NCBI GenBank assembly: GCA_001778235.1
Contig: MFGJ01000001.1
Coordinates: 165,605-229,604, forward strand
Source of the DNA: Candidatus Falkowbacteria bacterium RIFOXYC2_FULL_36_12
GTDB taxonomy: Bacteria; Patescibacteriota; Patescibacteriia; UBA11705
Direction of reading: 5' to 3'
Length of the DNA: 64,000 bases
Shown: in pieces, positions 38,018-49,126 of the stretch
How the letters are laid out: each line of letters starts with the position of its first letter
Position numbering within the stretch: position 1 is the first letter of the stretch
The notes under the pieces: model-generated
The model's input: only the letters and a program-made list of their open reading frames with translations
What the model was told of the DNA's origin: nothing
Database searches by the model: none
Translations under genes and position numbers: made by a program

Positions 38018-38353
38018 TTATGAGTTGTTCTGCTTAAGTTTATTTTCTATTCGCGACGCCATAACTGATAATATAATGAAGTTGCTGATGACAATAAGTA
38101 ATAAAATACCATAAATGATAACCACTCCAATCTCTTCCATCCCTTGTGCATCGTATAAACCGAAAATAAAAACTAAGGTAAAAATGATGAAAAGCGTGAT
38201 AGACGAAATGTATTTTAGTTTTAAGATTGTATTTTTGTGTTTGATATTCTTTTTTATGTATTGATAACAAAAAATAAACCAAAAAGCTAGAATAATAATA
38301 AATCCGCCATATGAGCCATAAAAAAGAATGGAATAATTGATTGTTGAATTCAT
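38018..38353 (-). CDS. Membrane protein, hypothetical
   Basis: 3 TM ORF. Confidence 0.3.
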   Translation of the reverse strand: MNSTINYSILFYGSYGGFIIILAFWFIFCYQYIKKNIKHKNTILKLKYISSITLFIIFTLVFIFGLYDAQGMEEIGVVIIYGILLLIVISNFIILSVMASRIENKLKQNNS

Positions 38354-38906
38354 AGGAAAAGATTAAAATTAATAGCAAAATTATTCAATATGAATAGATT
38401 TGATTTGGGACTTAAATAATTTGATATAAGGGTTTCAGAGCTACCTATTGCACCTGCGAATAAGATTATAATCGGTTGTTTTTCCTTTATATATTTTTGA
38501 TTTAATTATATTATAGTTCTATTTTTGATGTGGGGCAAGAAAAGGTAAAAGAAAAAACCGCTAAGTTAAAATTTAGCGGGCAATTTTGAATTATTGTTTT
38601 GGTTGCAAATGTTCAGTTGCAAGATCGTACCTTAGTAGGAAACGTCTAAGATACAACTTATGAGGTCCGATGGCTTCAATAGTACAGTTCGTGTGAGTAA
38701 AGTCGGTGGAGATAATTGGAACTGGTTGCTCTGTAGCTACTATCCTAGTGCAGACATACAGCATATTAGCACCTTATATTTGAATGCTATCTTTCTGTTG
38801 AATGGGGAAAACAATTTGTGGGGGTATTTACATGAAAAAATGTATGATTAAGTTGAAATGGATATGTTTAAATGACAGATTAATTAAAATACATTACAAT
38901 GGCGCT

Positions 38907-40535
38907 ATGTTAACAACACAGCTTAAACAATTTTTTCAATTTTCCGAATTCAAGCCCGGACAACAAGAAATTGTCCAATCGATTGTGGCAGGGCGGGATG
39001 TGGTGGCTTTGATGCCGACCGGTGGCGGAAAATCTTTGTGTTATCAATTGCCGGCATTGGTTAGTGGCGGTTTGACGATTGTGATTTCACCACTGATTGC
39101 CCTGATGAAAGATCAGGTGGATAGTTTGCGAGCCAGGGGCATTGAAGCGGTTTTTATTAATAGTTCACTTAATTTTAATCAGATTAATGATATTGTCGCT
39201 GATCTTAAACATGGGAAAGTTAAATTGCTATATGTGGCACCGGAGCGATTGAAAAATTCAGAATTTGTTCAATTAATTAATGAGCTTGATGTCAGTTTGG
39301 TGGCGGTGGATGAAGCTCATTGCGTATCGTCGTGGGGACACGATTTTCGACCGGATTACATGCTGATTCAAAATTTTATCGCTCAATTTACTAACCGGCC
39401 GGCTGTGGCAGCATTTACAGCCACGGCAACGCCGGAGGTTAGGGATGATATTGTTAAGCATTTGGGTTTAACCAATCCGAAAATTTTCGTGCGCGGTTTT
39501 GACCGGCCGAATTTAATGTTTGAAGTTCAATCAGGTTTATCTCAAAAGAAACGAAAATCAGATTTATTAAATTTGGTACAATCCACAGCCGGATCAGGAA
39601 TTGTTTATACGTTGACCAGAAAAATGTCAGAGGAAATCGCCGGATATTTTTCCGCGAACGGCATTAAGGCGGCGGCGTATCACGCGGGACTTGAGGGGGC
39701 GGTCAGAACGCGAGTTCAGAACGAATTCATGGATAATCAGTACAAGGTAATCGTGGCGACGGTGGCTTTTGGTATGGGGGTAAACAAGGCGGATATCAGA
39801 TTCGTGATTCATTGCGGGTTGCCGGCCAGTGTGGAAAATTATTATCAGGAAGCGGGTCGCGCGGGCAGAGATGGGGAGCCGGCGAGGTGTATTTTATTAG
39901 CTTCAAAGCAGGATAATGGGTTGCATTCCTTTCTCATAAATAAAAGTCAGGAGGAAATGATCAAGCAGGGAAAGAGCCGATTGGAAATAAATGCTTTGAT
40001 TGATATTAAGTATAAAAAATTGCGACAAATGAAAGACTACGCGGAGGCGTTTAAATGTCGACGTCTGGCGGTGCTAAAATATTTCGCGGATCCGGATATT
40101 GAAAAATATCAAAACGGTTGTGGAGGCTGTGACGTTTGTCTTGGTATGAGTAACAGCAAAATGATTTTGGATAATACAAAAACGACCAAGCGCTTGAAAA
40201 ATATAAATGAAATAACAGGAACAGTAGCTCAAAGCGTGGATTTTTATCAAAAAGGATTCAGTTTGGATCAAATCGCTAAAATCAGAGAGTTGGGAGTTAG
40301 AACGATTTGGAATCATTTGATTGAGTGGTATGCGGTTGGCGGTGATTTTCGAGTTGAAGAGTATATATCTAAAGATCAACGTCAACGAATTTTGGCAGTG
40401 ATTGACGAACTGGGCGATTATTCCAAACTAAGGCCGATTAAGGATCTACTTCCGGAAAATATTTCTTATGAACAAATTAAGATTGTGATTGCGAAGATTG
40501 AGCAGGAAAAAAATGTAATAATTAAAATTACTTAA
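38907..40535 (+). CDS. recQ: ATP-dependent DNA helicase RecQ
   Basis: FKPGQQEIVQSIVAGRDVVALMPTGGGKSLCYQLPAL, DEAHCVSSWGHDFRPDY, and RecQ zinc-binding Cys cluster. Confidence 0.85.
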   Translation: MLTTQLKQFFQFSEFKPGQQEIVQSIVAGRDVVALMPTGGGKSLCYQLPALVSGGLTIVISPLIALMKDQVDSLRARGIEAVFINSSLNFNQINDIVADLKHGKVKLLYVAPERLKNSEFVQLINELDVSLVAVDEAHCVSSWGHDFRPDYMLIQNFIAQFTNRPAVAAFTATATPEVRDDIVKHLGLTNPKIFVRGFDRPNLMFEVQSGLSQKKRKSDLLNLVQSTAGSGIVYTLTRKMSEEIAGYFSANGIKAAAYHAGLEGAVRTRVQNEFMDNQYKVIVATVAFGMGVNKADIRFVIHCGLPASVENYYQEAGRAGRDGEPARCILLASKQDNGLHSFLINKSQEEMIKQGKSRLEINALIDIKYKKLRQMKDYAEAFKCRRLAVLKYFADPDIEKYQNGCGGCDVCLGMSNSKMILDNTKTTKRLKNINEITGTVAQSVDFYQKGFSLDQIAKIRELGVRTIWNHLIEWYAVGGDFRVEEYISKDQRQRILAVIDELGDYSKLRPIKDLLPENISYEQIKIVIAKIEQEKNVIIKIT

Positions 40536-40602
40536 TAATCATGGTTTGTATTGGTGAGTTTTTATTTGTGAAATTAAGCATGAGTAACAAATTATTAAAA
40601 AG

Positions 40603-40632
40603 AAAAACACTATCGATCAATAGTGTTTTTCT
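40603..40632 (+). terminator. Terminator hairpin aaaaacactatcgatcaatagtgttttt
   Basis: Perfect palindrome with a T-run. Confidence 0.6.
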
Positions 40633-40722
40633 TTGGAGCTCCATAGTGTGGGATGTTAGAACTTGTTTTTTATAGATATAATGAGATATACTATTAATAT
40701 TGATTATTAAGATATATTTATT

Positions 40723-41034
40723 ATGTCACAAGACAAAATGCCGAGCTCAGGTGAGCCACAAGTGGGGGAGAGTCAAGAAAAAATGAAATTTGAAGTAGAA
40801 ATTGAATTTGGCTATGATGATTATAGGGAATTTAAGGACGAAGGTTTTTTAGGAGATGTCAAACGTAAAACGTATGTTGTTGAAGCAGTAAGTGAATTAG
40901 AAGCAAAAAAAGAAGCGTATAAGGTTGCAGAAAAGGATATGCCTGATGATTCAGGATTAAGAGATTCTGGTGTTATGTCACCGGCGGTATATCGTAATAT
41001 GGAAATTAAAACGATTAAAAAAATTGAAGGTTAG
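40723..41034 (+). CDS. Hypothetical small acidic protein
   Basis: ORF preceded by a repeat/promoter module. Confidence 0.35.
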   Translation: MSQDKMPSSGEPQVGESQEKMKFEVEIEFGYDDYREFKDEGFLGDVKRKTYVVEAVSELEAKKEAYKVAEKDMPDDSGLRDSGVMSPAVYRNMEIKTIKKIEG

Positions 41035-41191
41035 TATTTATAAAAGTGAAGATATTCAGATCTTCATTTTTTTATTAGTGTAAGGTTCTAACTTCGTGTA
41101 TTAATGAGAAATTGAATAACAAAAAACAGCTAAAATAGCTGTTCTTTGCTGGAGCTCCATAGTGGGGGATGTTAGAACTTGTTTTGTTGGG

Positions 41192-41220
41192 TAGTTGACA
41201 GAATATTTTTTTTGTTATAA
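41192..41220 (+). promoter_or_regulatory. Sigma70-like promoter TTGACA-N17-TAATAT inside a repeated intergenic module
   Basis: Direct reading. Confidence 0.45.
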
Positions 41221-41358
41221 TATGGTATGAGATATAAATAAGCTTAGTTTTTATTGTTGGTGAATGTCAGTTATAGAAAAATGATTCGCCAACAAATCAA
41301 GAGGTAGCCAATAAGTCTACGATCACGCCTGAATAAAATTCAGGCAAGGAGGAAAGAC

Positions 41359-41550
41359 ATGAAGAAGGCTGAATCGAGTTATTTAGTCAGAGTTGGTAGC
41401 TTCTATTATCGAGTTTTTTATCAGGGAGCCGGTATTTACTCTGTCGTTGATGTTCGTGGGGACTGCTGTCAAAGTAATCGAGGTGAGGCGCCCGAAGATT
41501 TTGTAGCTCGTTGTCTAGCTCAGGGTGATTTTATTGCACCAGAACGATAA
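41359..41550 (+). CDS. Hypothetical small protein
   Basis: ORF with an aaggagg RBS 6 nt upstream. Confidence 0.3.
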   Translation: MKKAESSYLVRVGSFYYRVFYQGAGIYSVVDVRGDCCQSNRGEAPEDFVARCLAQGDFIAPER

Positions 41551-41894
41551 AACATTTTTGAGAGCAAGTTTTTCTTTCGAGAAAATATGGAAATCCGTTT
41601 TTTTGGAACAAAATTATACTAAAGTAAAATTAATGGTAAAGATTAGCTTTGACAGAATGTTAAGGGTTTTTTATTTAAAAAGTTCTATTATCCTATGGGG
41701 TCAAGAAAATTTAAAAGAAAAAACCGCTAATATAAGTAAATAAATTAGTGGTCTTTTCTGGAGCTCCATAGTATGGGAAGTTAGAACTTGTTTTGTTGGG
41801 TAGTTGACAAAAGATATAATGGGAGTTAAAATAATATATTCAAATATAATTGTTCTTTTAATATATAAAATAACCCTACCAGAGGAAAGGGGAG

Positions 41895-42218
41895 GTGACT
41901 ATGGCTGGAAAGAGAAGGAAATATTCTGTAGTGAAATTTGTCGAAAAAGTTGTTCTTCCTATTATGAAAGAATTTGAAAGAAGGTATAGATATAAGCCCA
42001 CTCTTCCTGTAATTGAATTAAAAATAACTACGCATAATAAAAGAGAATGTGTTAGGTTAGAGATGCTTTATGGAAATGAACCTGCTCGGAATACTCATAT
42101 GTTAGATTTAGGATGGGTTCGGCATATCGGTGATGATGATCATTTCCATAAATGTGAATTTGCTTCTATGTGCACCTGTTCTAAGGCTGAAATAGAAGAA
42201 AATACAATAAAAATTTGA
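41895..42218 (+). CDS. Hypothetical small protein
   Basis: ORF with a gaaaggggagg RBS. Confidence 0.35.
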   Translation: MTMAGKRRKYSVVKFVEKVVLPIMKEFERRYRYKPTLPVIELKITTHNKRECVRLEMLYGNEPARNTHMLDLGWVRHIGDDDHFHKCEFASMCTCSKAEIEENTIKI

Positions 42219-42343
42219 TTTTTATTATAATCATGATAAAACAGTCATGATTTTTTGTTTGGAAAAGTTCTATTTTTGTATGGGGTCAAGAAAATTTAAA
42301 AGAAAAAACCGCTAATATAAGTAAATAAATTAGTGGTCTTTTC

Positions 42344-42419
42344 TGGAGCGGGTAGAGGGAATCGAACCCTCATCTCTAGCTTGGAAGGCTAGCATAATAA
42401 GCCATTATACTATACCCGC
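42344..42419 (-). tRNA. tRNA-Gly (anticodon TCC)
   Basis: Manual fold of GCGGGTA...CTAGC-CTTCCAA-GCTAG...GAGGGTTCGATTCCCTC-TACCCGC-TCCA. Confidence 0.85.
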
Positions 42420-42832
42420 CTACGCTCTTGTTGCACAGAGCTTCGGCGGGTAAACCCGCCATAGGCTATTGATTATTTTGGCGGTAAACCCGCCATAGAT
42501 GATTTAGATTAATCTTTTGTTGATAAAGGCTCTTTCCTGATCCAAATTTTAAGTATGTCTCAAACGCTAGAGCCTTACTTTTGTTTTCAAAAGCACAGTA
42601 AAATATGATTTTCCAAGGTTTATATTTTTGGGTGTGCTCGGATAAACCTAGATTGTGTTCAAGTAATCTATCATCTGGGGTTTATTGTATATCCTTTATA
42701 AAGTTCATTATCCTTACTTAAACTTTTTGCAATATAAACAAAGTGTTTTATGTTTGCTGGCATATAAGTTAAGAATTCCAATCTTCGACAAATTTTCTAA
42801 CTGGCCGTGCCAGCCGAAGCCTTGGCGAAGGC

Positions 42833-42853
42833 TGGTCGGGGAGGTGGGACTCG
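42833..42853 (-). pseudogene. Orphan 21-nt duplicate of the tRNA-Pro 3' end (tggtcggggaggtgggactcg)
   Basis: Exact match to 42996-43016. No upstream tRNA body. Confidence 0.6.
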
Positions 42854-42995
42854 GCTTCGACTCTCGCCTCGTTCCCTCGGCTCGGTCTAGCCACCGCCTC
42901 GCGGTCTCGTTCGCCATATTGCTCACTCGACAACGCTCCAGCGTTCTCGTCCCAACGCGAGCAAATCAATTTGCTCGCTCCTCTGATATAAAAAT

Positions 42996-43072
42996 TGGTC
43001 GGGGAGGTGGGACTCGAACCCACGACCTCATGGTCCCAAACCACGCGCGCTAGCCAACTGCGCTACACCCCG
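42996..43072 (-). tRNA. tRNA-Pro (anticodon TGG)
   Basis: Fold with anticodon loop TTTGGGA, T-arm GTGGGTTCGAGTCCCAC, and one acceptor mismatch. Confidence 0.8.
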
Positions 43073-43184
43073 AAGTATGTGCTCCGCACAACTTCGGGGC
43101 AAACCCCTCGAAAAATTGTACGAAGTAATTGATAAGTTTATTTATTTTAATGTGAATTGTGTTTTCGAAGCAACCTCTAATTCA

Positions 43185-43259
43185 TGGTGCCGAGGGGCAG
43201 AATTGAACTGCCGACACGAGGATTTTCAGTCCACTGCTCTACCACTGAGCTACCTCGGC
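43185..43259 (-). tRNA. tRNA-Phe (anticodon GAA)
   Basis: GCCGAGGTAGCTCAGTGGTAGAGC...CTGAAAA...GGCAGTTCAATTCTGCC-CCTCGGC-ACCA. Confidence 0.85.
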
Positions 43260-43323
43260 ATGAGAAATTTCTACTTTATAAATTATTAATCTTTTAAGTT
43301 TATTGCCTCTCGATAAACTCGAG

Positions 43324-43400
43324 TGGTGGGCGTGACAGGAGTCGAACCTGTGACCTCAACATTATCAGTGTTGCGCTCTAACCAACTGAGCTACACGCCC
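43324..43400 (-). tRNA. tRNA-Ile (anticodon GAT)
   Basis: GGGCGTGTAGCTCAGTTGGTTAGAGCG-CAACA-CTGATAA-TGTTG... Confidence 0.85.
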
Positions 43401-43486
43401 GTCTTCGCTCTAACGAACTTCGACGGGCAAGCCCAATTTAAAAAATGGCCTGCCAGACGAAGCTCCATGAAATTAGGATCGTAGTC

Positions 43487-43563
43487 TGGTGGGTGCTGAA
43501 GGATTCGAACCCTCGACCCCTTCGGTGTAAACGAAGTGCTCTAACCAGCTGAGCTAAGCACCC
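43487..43563 (-). tRNA. tRNA-Val (anticodon TAC)
   Basis: GGGTGCTTAGCTCAGCTGGTTAGAGCA-CTTCG-TTTACAC-CGAAG... Confidence 0.85.
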
Positions 43564-43794
43564 TAAATATTATAAATGATTAGCGAAGCTGCCAGCCTAA
43601 GCCAGCTGCTTGTCCGCCGAAGTCAAAAGACGAAGGCGGGAGCTAAGCACCCTTGAAAAGCGAGTTCAGCAAGACAAGAGGAAAAGCAAGTAATGCGGAA
43701 AACGATTTATACTCAAAAAGTATGACCCAATTATAATATGATTTTTAAAAAAAGTCAATAAGAAGATTGCGATTTATTCAAAATATTTTTAAAC

Positions 43795-43826
43795 AAAAAA
43801 ATTGATGTTCGACATCAATTTTTTTG
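43795..43826. terminator. Palindromic hairpin aaaaaaattgatgttcgacatcaattttttt between the 16S rRNA and the tRNA cluster
   Basis: Direct reading. Confidence 0.5.
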
Positions 43827-43927
43827 ATGATTTTGATAGCAATTTTGCGACAGGAACTACGTACTCGAATCATATCGATTCAAGTTCGACTGAATCTAAT
43901 GGCGTGAACCATTGATTCTAATCTCCC

Positions 43928-45425
<1,498 letters not shown>

Positions 45426-45941
45426 AGAGTTTATAGCTCTATTAAATTGTCCATTTTGAAAGGTTGGACTAACCTAAAATTTTGAAATTAACGAGTTCCT
45501 GTCACAAAATTGCTGTCAAAGTTCATGTGGTCATCATTATAATGTATTTTAAAAAGAATGTCAAATCTTTTGCCTTAATTTAGAGGGATTTTTATACACA
45601 GTAAAATATTGGGCTAAAATTAGTATAAAATAGCAATGTGTTTATACTAAATTAGATAAAATATGATATAGTTTTTGTTGAATAAATATGCATGAAATTA
45701 AACCATTATTACAACGCGCTGAAGATGTACTAGATAAGCCTGATAAATTAACTTAAGTCTTGAATATTATGGAAAAAAAGTATTGGACGAAAGGGGTCTT
45801 ATTTACAAACAATTGAAGTGATTATTGAAGGCGTATTATATGTTTTTGCTTGGAACGAATTTTTTCAAGAAATAGTGTGTGAATTGGATCATGAAAATCA
45901 AATATAGCATAATTTAAAAAACAGTCTGATTTCAGGCTGTT

Positions 45942-46424
45942 TTATGTTTTGTTTGGTTGTTGATAGGTAGATGGTTTAAGATCTTCTTTTATCGGATGAA
46001 GAATCCATGCCCGGTCGATGGTTAATAGAATAACGAAAATACCAGAGTATAGCGCAATGATGAGAGCGACCATTGACCATTCGGCTGAAGACATGTTCGT
46101 TATGATTGTTGACGGTGGGTAAATTTTGGACAGCAGATATGGGAGGCTGAAATAAATGAGATTGATCAACAGAAGAATTATACTGCGGATTTTCCATTGT
46201 CGTTTAGTGTAAGAGGTTTTTCCCATTTTGAATAACCACAATCCTAGAAAGACAATCACGGCAACTTCAACTAAAATAATTGGTAGGACTGAAAGAAATG
46301 CTTCAAGAGAAAAATTGGGAAGAAAAATGGTGATAGCGACATAAAAGCAAAGAGTAATGGTGATGGTAAGTGTCCCCAGAATACAAATTCGGCTAATAGT
46401 TTTGCTTGTTTTCGGTTGAGTCAT
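45942..46424 (-). CDS. Membrane protein, hypothetical
   Basis: 4-5 TM ORF. Confidence 0.35.
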   Translation of the reverse strand: MTQPKTSKTISRICILGTLTITITLCFYVAITIFLPNFSLEAFLSVLPIILVEVAVIVFLGLWLFKMGKTSYTKRQWKIRSIILLLINLIYFSLPYLLSKIYPPSTIITNMSSAEWSMVALIIALYSGIFVILLTIDRAWILHPIKEDLKPSTYQQPNKT

Positions 46425-46486
46425 TGTTTTCTCCGGTCTTGTCGGTTGGTTGTTTGCAAAGTGTAATTTATTTCAGTTGTACGGTT

Positions 46487-46729
46487 TTAAGTGACAAGTT
46501 TATTTTTTACTTCAGAGGTGATGGTTATTAGAATTAAAACTGTCGCAATAAGTCCATAATAAAACAAGAGTATATAAGATTTATCAATTCCGATCAGCTG
46601 AACGAGAAAGTAGGTGATGTCATCAATGAATAATGCCCAGATAAAGGTAAAAGCGCATTGAATAATTAATAACAGCCATAGAAAAATTTCGAATTTATTT
46701 AGGATTGAGCTGTATTTAATTTTTTTCAT
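46487..46729 (-). CDS. Small membrane protein, hypothetical
   Basis: 2 TM ORF. Confidence 0.3.
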   Translation of the reverse strand: MKKIKYSSILNKFEIFLWLLLIIQCAFTFIWALFIDDITYFLVQLIGIDKSYILLFYYGLIATVLILITITSEVKNKLVT

Positions 46730-47009
46730 TTTGTTTTCTCCTGTTTTTTATGGTGAGGTAGTTCACGCTGGGGACATAGTCGAGAATTGAGCATAATGAG
46801 TAAAGGACTATAAATATAGTCATGCTGGAAAGACAGAATATTGTTGTTAAATGACTGAAGTTGATTCCCAGTGGTTGAAAAAGATTTGGAAAAAAGTCAG
46901 GAGAGTAATCGTTGATAATAAAACCAGAAACAATCACAAGATATATTGATACAAAAAAAACTCTGGTGATGGTATCAATTATATTTTTAGCATTCAGTAG
47001 TTTGTTCAT
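46716..47009 (-). CDS. Small membrane protein, hypothetical
   Basis: 2 TM ORF. Confidence 0.3.
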   Translation of the reverse strand: MNKLLNAKNIIDTITRVFFVSIYLVIVSGFIINDYSPDFFPNLFQPLGINFSHLTTIFCLSSMTIFIVLYSLCSILDYVPSVNYLTIKNRRKQNEKN

Positions 47010-47059
47010 TGTTACCTCTGTTTGTTGTCAAAGGGCAATAAGATGGGACAAAGAAATTG

Positions 47060-47722
47060 TTATTTTTTTGTCAGATTACTTGATTGATGTTTTCGCCATT
47101 TTTCGATTTCAGCATGATGTCCAGAAAGCAGAATTTCAGGAACTTTGTATTGCTTTTTTTTGTACTTAAAAATTTCTGGTCGAGTATATTGCGGATATTC
47201 CAGGTAACCGGTAGTTGAATGAGATTCGTCGATAAATGATTGCTCTTTGCCGAGAACTCCTGGTATTAATCTGGAAATAGAATCCATTATAACTAAAGCG
47301 CCAAGATCTCCACCTGTTAGAACATAATCACCGATTGAAATTTCATCATCAATAAATTGTTTCACTCGTTCATCAACTCCTTCATATCTTGGGCAGACAA
47401 AAATAATTTGGTCAAGTTTGGAATATTTTTTTGCGAGTGATTGATTCCAAGTTTTTCCTTTAGCTGAAAGTAAAACAATTTTTGAGTTTTTTTTGCGACG
47501 GATTTTAGCAAGAGTTTTTACAATTGGTTCTACACGGAAAACTTGTCCGACTCCTCCACCGAATGGAGGACTGTCAACTGTACCATGTTTGTCGACGGCT
47601 TGAGCGCGAAGGTCGTGATATTTTATATTGATGAGTTTTTTTTCTTGGGCAATGCGAAGCATGCCTTTGTCGGTGTAGGATTTTAGCATGTCGGGGAAAA
47701 TTGTAAGTAGATGAAAATTCAT
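47060..47722 (-). CDS. trmD: tRNA (guanine37-N1)-methyltransferase
   Basis: MNFHLLTIFPDM...HDLRAQAVDKHGTVDSPPFGGGVG matches the TrmD signature. Confidence 0.85.
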   Translation of the reverse strand: MNFHLLTIFPDMLKSYTDKGMLRIAQEKKLINIKYHDLRAQAVDKHGTVDSPPFGGGVGQVFRVEPIVKTLAKIRRKKNSKIVLLSAKGKTWNQSLAKKYSKLDQIIFVCPRYEGVDERVKQFIDDEISIGDYVLTGGDLGALVIMDSISRLIPGVLGKEQSFIDESHSTTGYLEYPQYTRPEIFKYKKKQYKVPEILLSGHHAEIEKWRKHQSSNLTKK

Positions 47723-48637
47723 AATAAGATTAAAGTTGTAAGTTGTAATGTGAAAGTTGTCTTTGCTTGTATTATAGGGGAGAATAAAGGAAATTTCAAT
47801 GAGGGGGTTTAATTTCTGGTTACAATTAATATTTGCGAATTGAAAATAAATATTTAGAAAGTTTATTACATTTGCTAGCGTAAGTTTTTTGAGAATAAGT
47901 GATTGATTTCGCTTTGCGATTTCTTTTGACGCCCTGCCTACCCTGCCTACCGGCAGGCAGGCGGCAGGCAGGCAAAAGAAACAGAAGCGCTGGGGTTTTC
48001 TAATTGAATGCCTTTAAATACCCTTTTGTGCGCTCATGACAGCAACGAAAACCCCAGACCTGCCTTCATCAAGATTACGGCAGGCAAGCCCCGATGTTAA
48101 TCATGTAAAAATAAAGTAAGTGGTTGATGTTGCTAAAGCAAGCCCTTTTTGACAGCAAAAAGGGCAAACCGCCTACACTAAAGTTTCGGCGGTCAAGAAA
48201 CTGCTGGGGGGATTCAATGCGAATTGCATGGCAAACAAGTTCTCTGTAGGAAAAGTTTAGAGTGAGAAGTGAGAGTTGATTGATTATACCCTGAAATCCA
48301 TCTTCGTTAAAACTTCGATGGACAAGTAAATTCAGGGTGACAAGTGAGAGTGTTGGTGGCACGCACATGACCACCCCAGACCTGCCTTCATCAAGATTAC
48401 GGCAGGCAAGCCCCCGTGATGTTCATGTTCGATGCTTTAAATATATAGCCTTGGTGGTGTTGTTCATGGCAAAACAAACCCCAAACCTGCCTTCATCAAG
48501 ATTACGGCAGGCAAGCCCCGAGGTTGGTCATGTTCGTGGGGTTGAATATTTAAAGTAAGTGATAGTATTAATTGTGTTTAAAACAGAAAAATCGCAGTAA
48601 TGCGATTTTTCTGATCTATTTGAAATTGATTGAAGTT
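47723..48637. repeat. Repeat island: long imperfect palindrome cctgcctaccctgcctaccggcaggcaggcggcaggcagg, three F1 copies, and an F2/F3 unit
   Basis: Direct reading. Sits where rimM would be expected in the rpsP operon. Confidence 0.75.
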
Positions 48638-48958
48638 TTAGATTTTCAAATCATCAACTACATCAGTATCAACGCTTTGAGCTTCAGCTCTTGGTCCTCT
48701 TGTTGATCCTTCTGGTTCAACAATCTTTAGATTGACACGAGCTTGGTTCTTAGCACCGATAATCTTTAGCAAAGTTCTAACAGCTTTAGCTGTTTGACCT
48801 TGGCGACCGATTACATTACCCATGTCTTCTTGGTTGATGTATAGAGATAAAAGTACTCCCATTTCATCAACTGTTCTTTCGATTCTTACATCATCTGGGT
48901 TGTTTACAATCCCTTTGATGATAAATTCCAAGAAAGCTTGGTCTTTTTCTGTTGCCAT
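48638..48958 (-). CDS. khpA: KH-domain RNA-binding protein (KhpA/YlqC-like) with a C-terminal extension
   Basis: IIKGIVNNPDDVRIE...EDMGNVIGRQGQTAKAVRTLLK. Position downstream of rpsP. Confidence 0.65.
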   Translation of the reverse strand: MATEKDQAFLEFIIKGIVNNPDDVRIERTVDEMGVLLSLYINQEDMGNVIGRQGQTAKAVRTLLKIIGAKNQARVNLKIVEPEGSTRGPRAEAQSVDTDVVDDLKI

Positions 48959-49126
48959 AGTGTTCTGAATTACTTACTTATTAATCTTTAATTATCCCTG
49001 TCTAATGACAGGTAGTTTCAAATAATATCTAAAATGCAAGCATTTCAAATATTGTGTGAAATTCTATAAATGTATTATAGCAAAATATTTTCCGATTGTC
49101 AATGCTAGTCGTTTTTTTTGCCTAAT

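Noticed and set aside
42850-42995. GC-rich 145-nt segment between the tRNA-Pro fragment and intact tRNA-Pro, considered as 5S rRNA or another small RNA
   Set aside because: No 5S hallmark sequences and no convincing conserved fold by eye. Left as unexplained GC-rich spacer; needs a covariance-model search.
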